Shown piece after piece: positions 45,465 through 54,238 of a DNA stretch of 56,727 nt. Origin of the DNA: an uncultured Candidatus Saccharibacteria bacterium (GTDB lineage: Bacteria > Patescibacteriota > Minisyncoccia > Minisyncoccales > CAZKCU01); contig CAZKCU010000003.1 of the NCBI GenBank assembly GCA_964551595.1, positions 16,030 to 72,756 of the forward strand. The letters run 5' to 3'. Positions within the stretch are counted from its first letter, which is position 1, and the number at the start of each line of letters is the position of its first letter. The translations under genes and the position numbers were made by a program. The notes below the pieces were generated by a model. That model saw nothing but the letters and a program-made list of their open reading frames with translations. It was not told where the DNA came from and did not search any database.

Positions 45465-45582
45465 TATTTTTTTGTAAAATCAAAAGGTTTTAGTAGCGCC
45501 CATTAGCCGTGGAGAAATCCTAAAGGGCGCTTTATTATTTAAAAATAAAAAAGTCTTACCATCTCTAACTACGGGGGAGTAC

Positions 45583-45650
45583 TTGACAGAGGTCTTTGCC
45601 CCCTTTATTATTAAGATAGATATAGTCGGACAATGTAGGTAAAGCGACGC
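45583..45650 (+). promoter_or_regulatory. Recombinase promoter with a 28-bp dif-like site in the leader
   Basis: TTGACA(45583)-17-TATTAT(45606), then TAGTCGGACAA-TGTAGG-TAAAGCGACGC (45623-45650). Confidence 0.7.
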
Positions 45651-45694
45651 TTTATAGATAGCCAAAAGAGACTCTTAACCAGTCCCCTATAAAT

Positions 45695-46651
45695 ATGAAA
45701 AAATCTAATATACCAATAATAAAACATATCCCCGACTTTTTAGATTATTGTGAAGTTGAAAAAGGTTTAGCAGATAGAACTCAAGAAAATTATCAGCACT
45801 ATCTCCAAAAGCTCGTCTCCTGGCTGAAAAAGACTAAAAAAGAGACTCTCCTACCGCATGAGCTTACGGCTGAGGATATCTGGGCTTACCGCCTATATTT
45901 ATCTCGTTATACAGACGAAAAGGGCCGTCCCTTGAAGAAAGTCACTCAGAACTACTATTTAATCGCTCTAAGAGCCCTCCTGGGTTATTTTACTGCCAAG
46001 GACGTGATTTCGCTCCCTGCTGATAAAATAGCCCTTCCAAAGGACGCCAGAGCCGAAAAAACGGTAAAATTCCTTAATTTAGACCAGGTTGAGAAGCTTT
46101 TACTGGCTCCCAATACCAGTACCCCAATCGGCTTAAGGGACAGGGCTATTTTGGAATCTCTTTTTTCAACCGGTCTTAGAATAGCCGAACTGGTAGCCCT
46201 AAACCGAGAACAGTTTACCAATATAAAAGATAAAAAGGATCTGGAGCTTGGCATTATTGGTAAAGGGGCTCATCCCCGGACAGTTTACTTTTCTGAAAGA
46301 GCTCTTTCTTGGGTTAAGAAATATCTGGATACCCGCAAGGATAAAGAAAAACCATTATTTATACACTATAGAGCCAGACAAAATGCCGAGCCTCGTCTCA
46401 CGGCCCGCTCAATAGAAAGAATCGTCAAAAAATATGCCATCTTAGCTGGCGTTCCTATCTTCACCACTCCCCACACCCTTCGCCACAGCATGGCAACTGA
46501 TCTTTTAACTCAAGGTGTTGATTTAAGAACCATTCAGGAATTTTTAGGTCACAGAAATATTGTCACAACTCAAATATATACCCACGTAACAAACAAACGC
46601 CTCCGCGACATCCACCGCCAGTTCCACAGCGGCAAAAATTTAAAAGAATAA
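45695..46651 (+). CDS. Xer-family tyrosine recombinase
   Basis: SAM-like N-domain; LRDRAILESLFSTGLRIAEL (R), GKG (K), TPHTLRHSMAT (HxxR), LGH, TTQIYTHV (Y); no IntI-specific insertion. Confidence 0.95.
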   Translation: MKKSNIPIIKHIPDFLDYCEVEKGLADRTQENYQHYLQKLVSWLKKTKKETLLPHELTAEDIWAYRLYLSRYTDEKGRPLKKVTQNYYLIALRALLGYFTAKDVISLPADKIALPKDARAEKTVKFLNLDQVEKLLLAPNTSTPIGLRDRAILESLFSTGLRIAELVALNREQFTNIKDKKDLELGIIGKGAHPRTVYFSERALSWVKKYLDTRKDKEKPLFIHYRARQNAEPRLTARSIERIVKKYAILAGVPIFTTPHTLRHSMATDLLTQGVDLRTIQEFLGHRNIVTTQIYTHVTNKRLRDIHRQFHSGKNLKE

Positions 46652-46657
46652 AAAGAG

Positions 46658-46681
46658 GCCTATCGATTTCTTGATAGGCCC
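46658..46681. terminator. Terminator between convergent genes
   Basis: ggcctatc-gatttctt-gataggcc. Confidence 0.7.
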
Positions 46682-46706
46682 CATATACCTAGAGCTTTAT
46701 ACTCCA

Positions 46707-47216
46707 TTACTTCTTCAAGCCCTTTAAAAGCTCTTTCTTCTCAATTACCTCACTAATAAGGTGAATCTCCCATCCATAAAGAGTGTTAGGAAACTGTAGG
46801 CTGGCGAATTCTATCGCATCTTTCTTGTTAACAAAATAAAAATAAGAAAGAAATGCTCGAGGGTTTAAACCGACCCGGCCATCGGCCACAATCTCCCAGT
46901 TTCCTTCTGGTTGAAAAGAAAGAATCCCAAGGGTCATTAGAATATGATGGAATCTTTCTTTTCGGTCTGAAAAGCGACTTTCCGAGAAGAAATCTTGATA
47001 ATGCGGCCAATTTACTGTTGGCTTGCCGGATTTTGATATTTTAATGAACTCCTTGACCTTTCCTTCAAAATCCTGTACCCATAATTCCTTAGCACATTCC
47101 TCACACGTCAGACCGTCTTTAGATATTTTCACGGTCATGCCCAGATAAGTAAAAGAAATATCTTCATACTTTCCGGGGCTATTCTGCTTGCATCTATAAC
47201 ACAATCTCTTTTCCAT
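46707..47216 (-). CDS. Hypothetical protein with an N-terminal CxxC...CxxC zinc finger
   Basis: LCYRCK...TCEECAK; GGGGG RBS. Confidence 0.7.
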   Translation of the reverse strand: MEKRLCYRCKQNSPGKYEDISFTYLGMTVKISKDGLTCEECAKELWVQDFEGKVKEFIKISKSGKPTVNWPHYQDFFSESRFSDRKERFHHILMTLGILSFQPEGNWEIVADGRVGLNPRAFLSYFYFVNKKDAIEFASLQFPNTLYGWEIHLISEVIEKKELLKGLKK

Positions 47217-47256
47217 CTTTTCCCCCTTATCTTTATATTAAGAACTTATAAATAAA

Positions 47257-47288
47257 ATATCGCATAAATATAATTAAATGTCGCACAA
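47257..47288 (+). other. Two tandem recombinase half-site-like boxes
   Basis: ATATCGCATAA (47257) and ATGTCGCACAA (47278). Confidence 0.55.
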
Positions 47289-47319
47289 TATTATCTACTT
47301 TTTTGCCTATGTTTTATGT

Positions 47320-47799
47320 TTAAGGTAGGGTCTCACATGCTAGGCCATCATTATCTCTATCAAGATCATGTATGTCATTATTTATTCCTCCACAATATTC
47401 AAAAGCCTCTTGAGCTTCTGCATGGGTTCTAAAATCGGAACAATTATATGCATTATAGGAACAAATTATTGTTTTAACTGGCGATGAAGGTGCCGTAGAT
47501 GGCGGCTCTAGTTCGGGTTCATATAAGGGTTCTGGTTCTGAGATGGGTTCGGGTTCAGGTTCGAGTTCAAGTTGGGATTCGGCTTCTGGGATTTGATTTT
47601 CGGTTCTTTGTGATTCCTCTTGTTCTGTTGTTTTGAGCTCCTCGTCAGACTCATCCTCTCTTAACGGCTCAGAGACCGAAGCTGGAAGTTTAGGAATAAT
47701 TTCTTCTTGAGTTGTGTTGTCACCAGATAAAGCAATAATAACAAAAACAATAATAAATCCTCCAAATCCAATAAGTGCTAATTTTAAAATTTTCTTCAT
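47320..47799 (-). CDS. Membrane-anchored protein with Pro/Glu linker and Excalibur Ca-binding domain
   Basis: N-terminal TM, EPEPEP linker, YNCSDF...AQ...[14 protein letters not shown]. Confidence 0.85.
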   Translation of the reverse strand: MKKILKLALIGFGGFIIVFVIIALSGDNTTQEEIIPKLPASVSEPLREDESDEELKTTEQEESQRTENQIPEAESQLELEPEPEPISEPEPLYEPELEPPSTAPSSPVKTIICSYNAYNCSDFRTHAEAQEAFEYCGGINNDIHDLDRDNDGLACETLP

Positions 47800-47893
47800 A
47801 ATTTTATCTTATAGCTCTTTAGAAAATTGGCGGTCTACCCTCAATCTGACCCCATTTTAAAAGAATGTCAAGGTAATAAAAAACCGCCGGAAT

Positions 47894-47921
47894 ACGACGA
47901 ACAGTACGCCTTGTGCGACAT
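47894..47921 (-). other. 28-bp dif-like site (degenerate)
   Basis: Minus strand: ATGTCGCACAA-GGCGTA-CTGTTCGTCGT. Confidence 0.55.
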
Positions 47922-47944
47922 TTTCCTCAACTTCGGGCTAAATT

Positions 47945-48586
47945 TTAATTCCATAAATCTTTTTCTATGACCGTCCAGTCTTTCCGCCTCTTTAAAGATT
48001 TCTCTACTTTTTTAAAGTGCCCTCTTTTTTCAATAAATCCATCTCCGCTTATTTCTTTTCCTTTTTTAGTAAAGAAATCTTTGTTTGTATATTTTCTTTT
48101 AAGAATAAATTGAGCCCACTCTTCTATTGGTCTTTTTAATTCATATTGGGCCCGATAAGTGGAAAACATACCTCCAATTCCACTTTTCTCCAATAAATCA
48201 GCATCAAAGACAATTTTAGATTCTAATGTTTCTTGCGCTCCTCTTTCTTTATGAAGTTTTACGCAATAAGCAATTTGTTCAATTTCTTTCTTTGTATAAC
48301 CCATTTTAGATAAGTCTCGTTTCGTTATTCTAGCACCTACTTCTGCATGTTTTTTATAATCTCTAGCCTCAGTAACTCCGATATCATGAAGAATAATCGC
48401 TGGAATTAAAACAGAATAATCAACGTCCTTAATTGTTTCAGCAATAACTAATCCCCTATATAAATCCCTTATTATATGTTCCCAATTATGCTGAGGTTTG
48501 TTTGCTTTTAAATATTTCTTCTTTGCGTAGTTATAAACCCTCTTAATCCTTTTGTCTTTTTTAATAAAATAGTTAATTTTTTTCAT
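47945..48586 (-). CDS. HD-domain phosphohydrolase
   Basis: HNWEHIIR, IILHDIG, HAEVGA, VFDADLLE; ATG 48586 lies 7 nt after the -10 box. Confidence 0.88.
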   Translation of the reverse strand: MKKINYFIKKDKRIKRVYNYAKKKYLKANKPQHNWEHIIRDLYRGLVIAETIKDVDYSVLIPAIILHDIGVTEARDYKKHAEVGARITKRDLSKMGYTKKEIEQIAYCVKLHKERGAQETLESKIVFDADLLEKSGIGGMFSTYRAQYELKRPIEEWAQFILKRKYTNKDFFTKKGKEISGDGFIEKRGHFKKVEKSLKRRKDWTVIEKDLWN

Positions 48587-48593
48587 ATTATTC

Positions 48594-48626
48594 ATTCTAA
48601 CAAAAAACTGCCTTCTTGGCGATTTT
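48594..48626 (-). promoter_or_regulatory. Portable hairpin-promoter, leaderless
   Basis: tcgcca-agaaggcagttttttgt-tagaat-gaataat-ATG. Confidence 0.7.
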
Positions 48627-48675
48627 TTTTGAATTTAGCTCCGGGGACTAGACTATATTAAAATCTGTTTGAGAC

Positions 48676-49251
48676 TTATTGTTCTTCATGTTTTACTTCT
48701 TCTGGAAACAATAACTGAAATGGATAACCTACGTAATTTCTTTTTATTTGTCCACAACCAACGCTTTTAAGAAAATCAATCATTTCTTCTGTAATCTTTT
48801 TTGGGTCCACCTTTTCTTCTTTCCCAATATACTCAATTTCTACAAAATCTCCAAGCCCTTTTACTGAATCTACGGCAATCTCATAATCCTTATATGTCCA
48901 AACTTTTCTTAATTTGTCTACTTTAACAAGAGGCTTAAAATTAAGAACATCTAATATCTTCCTTAATTGAGTTAAATCTTCTATTTTGGTTTCGTATTCA
49001 TCACAATACTGACTTCTACCATTTTCATCATAATGCCAGTTTTTATAATTTATAGAATATTTACCGCCAGAATCTCTTAACCTCAACCACTTCTTAACTG
49101 GACGAACATCAATAAAATTACGATGAATTGGAGAAAAATATTCATCTATTTGCTGTCTTTCTTTTTGAAAGTCAGCATTCTTTTCTAAAAATTCTATTAA
49201 GGGTTTACCATTTTCAATAGTAACTTGAATTTCTATTTCAATGTCTTTCAT
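48676..49251 (-). CDS. CYTH-domain protein (class IV adenylate cyclase-like)
   Basis: EIEIQV, QIDEYF, LRLR, EYETKI, KLRKVW, GDFVEIE. Confidence 0.88.
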   Translation of the reverse strand: MKDIEIEIQVTIENGKPLIEFLEKNADFQKERQQIDEYFSPIHRNFIDVRPVKKWLRLRDSGGKYSINYKNWHYDENGRSQYCDEYETKIEDLTQLRKILDVLNFKPLVKVDKLRKVWTYKDYEIAVDSVKGLGDFVEIEYIGKEEKVDPKKITEEMIDFLKSVGCGQIKRNYVGYPFQLLFPEEVKHEEQ

Positions 49252-49257
49252 GTTTTC

Positions 49258-49290
49258 ATCTTACCAAAAAACCGCCTACTTGGCGATTTT
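49258..49290 (-). promoter_or_regulatory. Portable hairpin-promoter, leaderless
   Basis: tcgcca-agtaggcggttttttgg-taagat-gaaaac-ATG. Confidence 0.7.
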
Positions 49291-49331
49291 ATATTTATAT
49301 CCCCTACTCTTTTGTACCCTTTGTCTATTTT

Positions 49332-49388
49332 TATACCTAGTCTGATTATTTTGCGACCCTGAGTCATCAATCCCATATTGTCTGACTA
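49332..49388 (-). other. Composite dif-like site with an adjacent accessory box
   Basis: Plus strand: TTTTGCGACCC-t-GAGTCATCAAT-CCCATA-TTGTCTGACTA, same layout as 54946-54985. Confidence 0.55.
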
Positions 49389-49411
49389 TCCATAACTTAT
49401 TTCGCCCTGTC

Positions 49412-50368
49412 TTATTTCAAGTATTTCTCAATATTTTGTAGATGTTCCTCGTAGGTCTTGGCAAGATGAGTTATTCCCTCGCTATCGTGCAGATAATACA
49501 AATATTCGCTGTCTTCGGAGTTTATCACGGCGTCAATCGCCGCCAATCCCGGATTGCAGATCGGAGACGGCGGGCGACCTTTGTGGATATAGGTATTATA
49601 AGGAGAATCGATTTTATAATCATCCGGCTTTATAACTGGCCACCAATTTCCCGGATCTCCTAAAGCGTACTGTATAGTTGCATCTATTTGGAATGGCATG
49701 TCTTTCAGCCATCTGTTCCAGATTACCCCGGCGATTAAGGGCATCTCCTCTTCATTTGCGACTTCTCTCTGAACTAAAGATGCCAAAACTATCAGAGTAT
49801 CGTTTTTTATGTTTTTTTCTGCAGCTTCTTTGAATAAATCTGTCGTTTTCTCATTAAATTGGTTTTTCATTCTTTTTGCAACATCCGCACCTGTAAAATC
49901 TAAATTTAAAAGGTAAGTGTTGGGAAAGAGATAACCTTCGTTTGCTTCAACAAGAAATTCTCCTTTTGCAAGATTACTCCAGTTCAGTTCTTTTTGCAGT
50001 TTTTCTGCGATTTCTGTCGCCCGCAGCCCTTCGGGTATAACCAGCCATTTTTGATATGCATGATTCACAAGTGTATCCGCCAACTGCCAAGCATCCATTG
50101 CTTTGGAAGCCATATATCCGCCCGGCTCTATTTTCCCTTCCCACCCTTTTCTTTTTAATACAAACTTAAATGCCCATTCGCTTCTTATATATCCTTGCTC
50201 TTTTAATTTGGGAATAAGTTCTTCTTCGGTTGTGTCAAGATTGATAACAATTCTCTCCATTTCTAATTCTCTTTCCGGTGCCGAAAACAAAAAATAATAT
50301 ATTCCAATGGGAATTCCTATCAGTAATACTATTGCACCTACTATTACGATTTTCTTATTTCTACTCAT
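49412..50368 (-). CDS. mltG: Endolytic transglycosylase MltG family protein
   Basis: N-terminal TM, IPEG, EGYLFPNTY, LASLVQRE, LQIDAT-like FQIDATIQY, SPYNTY..GRPPSPICNPG. Confidence 0.9.
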   Translation of the reverse strand: MSRNKKIVIVGAIVLLIGIPIGIYYFLFSAPERELEMERIVINLDTTEEELIPKLKEQGYIRSEWAFKFVLKRKGWEGKIEPGGYMASKAMDAWQLADTLVNHAYQKWLVIPEGLRATEIAEKLQKELNWSNLAKGEFLVEANEGYLFPNTYLLNLDFTGADVAKRMKNQFNEKTTDLFKEAAEKNIKNDTLIVLASLVQREVANEEEMPLIAGVIWNRWLKDMPFQIDATIQYALGDPGNWWPVIKPDDYKIDSPYNTYIHKGRPPSPICNPGLAAIDAVINSEDSEYLYYLHDSEGITHLAKTYEEHLQNIEKYLK

Positions 50369-50486
50369 AGTTTCTTAATAAAACGGCACTTTTTGTTGGC
50401 ATATAATTATTCTCGATATACTGTCTGATAATATACCAAAACCATCTTTTGAGAAATCGATCGAAATCAGCTCTCTTAACAATAAT

Positions 50487-50663
50487 CTATTTACTTAAAA
50501 TCTCAAAAGCTTGATAGACTAAAAATGCTGGCCAGACCAAAGCTTTTAAAAAACCAAGAACCCCCATCCAAAATGTTTCAGAATGACTGATAAAATAGAC
50601 GGCTGCGCCGATAAGTCCCAGGCCGTAAACCGCGCTGGCCCCGCCTTTATGAATGTTGCACAT
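50487..50663 (-). CDS. Small membrane protein (58 aa), not in the ORF track
   Basis: MCNIHKGGASAVYGLGLIGAAVYFISHSETFWMGVLGFLKALVWPAFLVYQAFEILSK. Confidence 0.75.
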   Translation of the reverse strand: MCNIHKGGASAVYGLGLIGAAVYFISHSETFWMGVLGFLKALVWPAFLVYQAFEILSK

Positions 50664-50745
50664 AGTTTTTTATTTCGAGCGAAGCGAGAAAAAATGTTCT
50701 GCCTCGCAGGTTCTTATTAATTATTTTTACACTTCGACCTAAATT

Positions 50746-51273
50746 TTATTTTATAAGACCCTTTTCTTTAGCTAATAATATTGCCGCAATGGTTGTCATA
50801 CATTTAATTTTCCCTTGCTTTATTAATTTCAACACGCTACCAATTTTTAAAAATTTAATCTTTTTTTTACGCTCCGCCAAATCATTATTGATTTTCTTTT
50901 TTTTCAATTTCTTAACATCTCTAACAAGGAATATCGTGCATTTATCAGTGACTCTTGTAGGGTTCGAAAATGCATTACCTATATTTTTAAAATCGTCTCC
51001 TATAAAACCAGCTTCTTCTTTTAATTCTCTTTTAGCTGCTTCTTCTGCGCTTTCTCTTTTATCAATTCTTCCCCCCGGTAAATTAATAATTTTCTTATTT
51101 ACCGCAGGACGAAATTGTTCTATAAATATTAATTCTTCTTTTTTTGTTAAAGCAACTACTACTGTCCCTCTTGGGCAAAAAGTTATCACAGAATACTGGA
51201 TTCCTTTTGGTTTTTTATAAAGGTTATGTTTTAGCACTAAATATGTATCTTCTATCTCCCATTCTTTGCTCAT
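50746..51273 (-). CDS. NUDIX hydrolase (ADP-ribose pyrophosphatase-like)
   Basis: LPGGRIDKRESAEEAAKRELKEEAG Nudix box; EQFRPAV. Confidence 0.92.
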   Translation of the reverse strand: MSKEWEIEDTYLVLKHNLYKKPKGIQYSVITFCPRGTVVVALTKKEELIFIEQFRPAVNKKIINLPGGRIDKRESAEEAAKRELKEEAGFIGDDFKNIGNAFSNPTRVTDKCTIFLVRDVKKLKKKKINNDLAERKKKIKFLKIGSVLKLIKQGKIKCMTTIAAILLAKEKGLIK

Positions 51274-51317
51274 AATCTTAAAAATTTTTTCCAGCTTCGG
51301 CCAAAATTTTGATTATT

Positions 51318-51779
51318 TTATACTAAAATTCCGCCGGCGTAGAAAAACGTATAAATTTCTTTATCTCTCTTGAGAATCTTTTCCGCGCCAGCTAACTCAT
51401 CAATAGAACCTTTAAAATCCGGCTGGCAAATATATTTATAATCATCTTTCTCCTATTCTACTTTTTTCCAAATTCTTACATTTTGCCAATTTGCTATAAG
51501 TGCTTTCCTTAAAATTTTATCCATTTCCTCTTCGGACATCCCTTTATAGTTTCCATAATACGACATTGACCAAACAGCTTTCTCCTGATAATAAACAGCT
51601 TCCAGTCCCATAAAAATTCCCTTTCCATTATAATAAACATCCCGATAAAACCAATCCCCTTCTCTATATTCAAGTTGATCTGAACCCTTAAAAACCGGCT
51701 TTACTTTTCCACCAGCTCCGGCATAAGTTTTCGTCCTCGCATTTAATAAAAATTGTAAGAGTTTCTCTTTATCTACCAT
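51318..51779 (-). pseudogene. DUF5680-like protein interrupted by an in-frame TAG at 51455-51453
   Basis: FLLNARTKTYAG...YRDVY.G...F.G.E; the frame continues 44 codons after TAG to YTFFYAGGILV. Confidence 0.75.
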
Positions 51780-51824
51780 TTTTTATTTTTATTATCCCCT
51801 ACTCTTTTATATTTGGGCTAAATT

Positions 51825-52106
51825 TTAATTATTTCCGAAACCAATCTTTTCTTGCCCTCCAGTTTCTCTTTTTTCGAGAAGCTGAGTTTCAAGTGGACCA
51901 AATTTCTTTTCGTATTCATTAAGAGATTTACCCAGAAGTAAATAAATTCGCTTTGCATGTTTCGGTGATACTTGAAACTGACGACCTTGATTCCCTGAAA
52001 TCAATAGGAAATCAAAAACTTCTTCCCCAAAGCGTATATTAACGTTAGAGAGCGCGTAAAGAATCGGATCAAGATTAATTTTAATTTGTTTTTGTTCTTC
52101 TGCCAT
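51825..52106 (-). CDS. DUF3467-like hypothetical protein
   Basis: SPKHAKRI...LNEYEKKFG pattern. Confidence 0.6.
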   Translation of the reverse strand: MAEEQKQIKINLDPILYALSNVNIRFGEEVFDFLLISGNQGRQFQVSPKHAKRIYLLLGKSLNEYEKKFGPLETQLLEKRETGGQEKIGFGNN

Positions 52107-52173
52107 ATTTTCAAAAATTTAATTTTAATTAATTCTTCGACTTTTTTTAAATTCCCTTTAACTTCGGGCTAAA

Positions 52174-52215
52174 TTATTCTTCAGTTGAAACTCTGGCTAA
52201 AATTAAAGCTTTCAT
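52174..52215 (-). pseudogene. Serine recombinase N-terminal stub MKALILARVSTEE
   Basis: Matches the resolvase N-terminal YARVST motif; stop coincides with the shared junction motif. Confidence 0.6.
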
Positions 52216-52242
52216 AAATTGTATAATTATTCCACAGTAACA

Positions 52243-52701
52243 CTAAAAGAAGATACGCAAAGTGCCCTGTATCCATTTTATAGCTCGTTTCAATATGCTC
52301 ACTTTCTCATTCATCATTCCCATACTGGAATTACATTGTCTACAAACCCATCCCCTTATCTCGCCAGTTTCGGAGTTGTGGTCTAATACAACATCGTTTT
52401 TATATTGCCTGATTATCGTTCTATCACAAACGGGGCAATGAAAAGGCTTACCTATAGGTGGTCGTGGGTGTGTTTTTTCATACTCAATCCTTATTTTGAT
52501 GGGTATGGGTTTTCTCCACTTGCGGCATTCCTTACACTCACCTCTTCTTGAGACTTTGCCTCTAATAGTTCTTTGATTCTTTTCAAACTCAAAAATGCTT
52601 TTCCGTTGTTGGCAAGTGCGGCATATTTTTGTTTCGTTGAAACAGGAATCACAAAACTTTCCATGTGTCGCCTTATTACGATTACATTCAATACATTTCA
52701 T
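52243..52701 (-). CDS. Hpy99I-like beta-beta-alpha-Me (endonuclease VII type) restriction endonuclease
   Basis: KICRTC...FEKNQ...CKECRK, FHCPVC, LDHNSETGEIRGWVCRQCNSSMG. Confidence 0.75.
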   Translation of the reverse strand: MKCIECNRNKATHGKFCDSCFNETKICRTCQQRKSIFEFEKNQRTIRGKVSRRGECKECRKWRKPIPIKIRIEYEKTHPRPPIGKPFHCPVCDRTIIRQYKNDVVLDHNSETGEIRGWVCRQCNSSMGMMNEKVSILKRAIKWIQGTLRIFF

Positions 52702-53522
52702 AAAAGATTCTTAATTCTTTTTTGTGCTATCTTATAATACTTATTAGATAATTCACTACCTATATATTTTCTATTGTTGAGAATAGCCATTTTTGCTGTC
52801 GTGCCACTACCTATGAAGGGGTCGTATACAATATCACCTTTATTACTCCATGAGATTATATGGTCTTGTGCCAACTTTTCTGGGAATATGGCGGGATGTT
52901 CATAAGCAATTTTATCACTTGCGGAGTGCCCCTTTCCTATAAGATATTTCCACACATTTGTTCGCCTGCCGTATTTAGAATATCCAGCCCTACTTTGTTT
53001 CAATAGTGAGCCATCATACAGCCGTTTTGTGCCGTTATCGCCACCTCGCTCCTCTTTATTCTCCCTGTCTTTTATAAGATTTATTGTCTTTGGTGTATCT
53101 TTGCTTAATATGAACATATACTCAAATGTCTGCCAGTATGTTTTATTATTTCCAACTGCTCCTCGTGGTGTTTTAAGGTATATCATTGTGTCAAAAAGAT
53201 TAAAACCTATCTGTTTGAAATATAGAGCGTGTCTGAAAGACGTTCCTGTTTCGTTTCCCTTAACTGTTTGATCTCCGACAACCCACACAACTACACCCCC
53301 CCTTTTAGTAACACGATATAGCTCTTGTGCTATCAATTCAAATTCACTAAAAGTGTCGCCACCATATTTTCGTATATTATCATACGGAGGCGAGGTTATT
53401 GTTAAATCAACAAAATTGTTAGGCATTTTTGCCATAGTGTATAGGCAATTTTCATTATAGATTTTGTTTAATTTAAGACCCCTCTCCTTTATTGGACTTT
53501 TGTTTTTATTTTGTCTTTGCAT
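52698..53522 (-). CDS. N4-cytosine/N6-adenine DNA methyltransferase (beta class)
   Basis: TSPPY, HPAIFP, VYDPFIGSGTT; overlaps the endonuclease start. Confidence 0.92.
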   Translation of the reverse strand: MQRQNKNKSPIKERGLKLNKIYNENCLYTMAKMPNNFVDLTITSPPYDNIRKYGGDTFSEFELIAQELYRVTKRGGVVVWVVGDQTVKGNETGTSFRHALYFKQIGFNLFDTMIYLKTPRGAVGNNKTYWQTFEYMFILSKDTPKTINLIKDRENKEERGGDNGTKRLYDGSLLKQSRAGYSKYGRRTNVWKYLIGKGHSASDKIAYEHPAIFPEKLAQDHIISWSNKGDIVYDPFIGSGTTAKMAILNNRKYIGSELSNKYYKIAQKRIKNLL

Positions 53523-53631
53523 ATTCTAGAAATCTGTTTAATTCCTTTTTATCAATTCTAAACTCTTTGCCTATTTTGTAGGCTTTCAATACTAATTCCC
53601 TTACAAGGTAGAATTTTTTTTGGTCATTCAT
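53506..53631 (-). pseudogene. HTH_17 excisionase-like gene with the central helices deleted (41 aa)
   Basis: MNDQKKFYLVREL//VLKAYKIGKEFRIDKKELNRFLEY. Confidence 0.6.
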
Positions 53632-53646
53632 GATTGTAAGTATTCA

Positions 53647-54039
53647 TTATTTAATTTCTTCTTCAATTTCTTCGTCAATTTTAGCTAAAGATTTTTTCAT
53701 TTCTTTTATAATTAAAAAAAAGAGCATTTTCTTGTTAAACTCCCTTTCTTCCTTGCCTGTTATTATTTTTTCAAAGGATTGAAAAACTTCCTTAGGAAAA
53801 TAAAATTGAAGATCGCTTATCATATCTATGTCATAACTGTTCTTTGTCATCCCGTCTAATATTTCTTTTTTGGCCTTATTAAACACTTGCTCTAATTTAT
53901 CTCGCCTCAATCTTAAGTGTTGAATTTTTATTTCTTTTTTCCATTTTCGGTAGTTTAAAAAATGTGTAATAAATTGAGCAACAGTTACGATGAGGCCACC
54001 AATTATAACACCAATTAAACCGATTATAGCTTCTGACAT
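53647..54039 (-). CDS. Hypothetical protein with an N-terminal TM
   Basis: IIGLIGVIIGGLIVTVAQFI followed by a charged helical domain. Confidence 0.7.
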   Translation of the reverse strand: MSEAIIGLIGVIIGGLIVTVAQFITHFLNYRKWKKEIKIQHLRLRRDKLEQVFNKAKKEILDGMTKNSYDIDMISDLQFYFPKEVFQSFEKIITGKEEREFNKKMLFFLIIKEMKKSLAKIDEEIEEEIK

Positions 54040-54126
54040 AGTTTTAATAATTTAATTTATGTTTCAACACTGCTTTCATTATACTTTACAATTATTTACA
54101 GGACAATGGAGCAAATATAAGTTTAA

Positions 54127-54224
54127 ATGTCGCACAAGATGCGTAGTGCGACGTAAAAAACCACTTTCTTGAGAGAGCGGCGGCCGAAATCGGGACTACT
54201 GCCCTAGTTAGACAATATTAGAGC
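54127..54224 (+). repeat. Cassette trailer copy A, with a symmetric 28-bp site
   Basis: ATGTCGCACAA-GATGCG-TAGTGCGACGT, terminator-like hairpin, ccctagttagacaatattagagc. Confidence 0.75.
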
Positions 54225-54238
54225 TTGTTTAGTGCGGG

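Noticed and set aside
48651-48677. Additional dif-like site (GACTATATTAA...GTTTGAGACTT)
   Set aside because: The spacer is 5 bp and arm matches are weak; it could be chance in AT-rich DNA.
51453-51455. TAG stop-codon reassignment
   Set aside because: Many intact core genes here (rsmH, the ftsL-like gene, rmuC) end in TAG; a single nonsense change is simpler.
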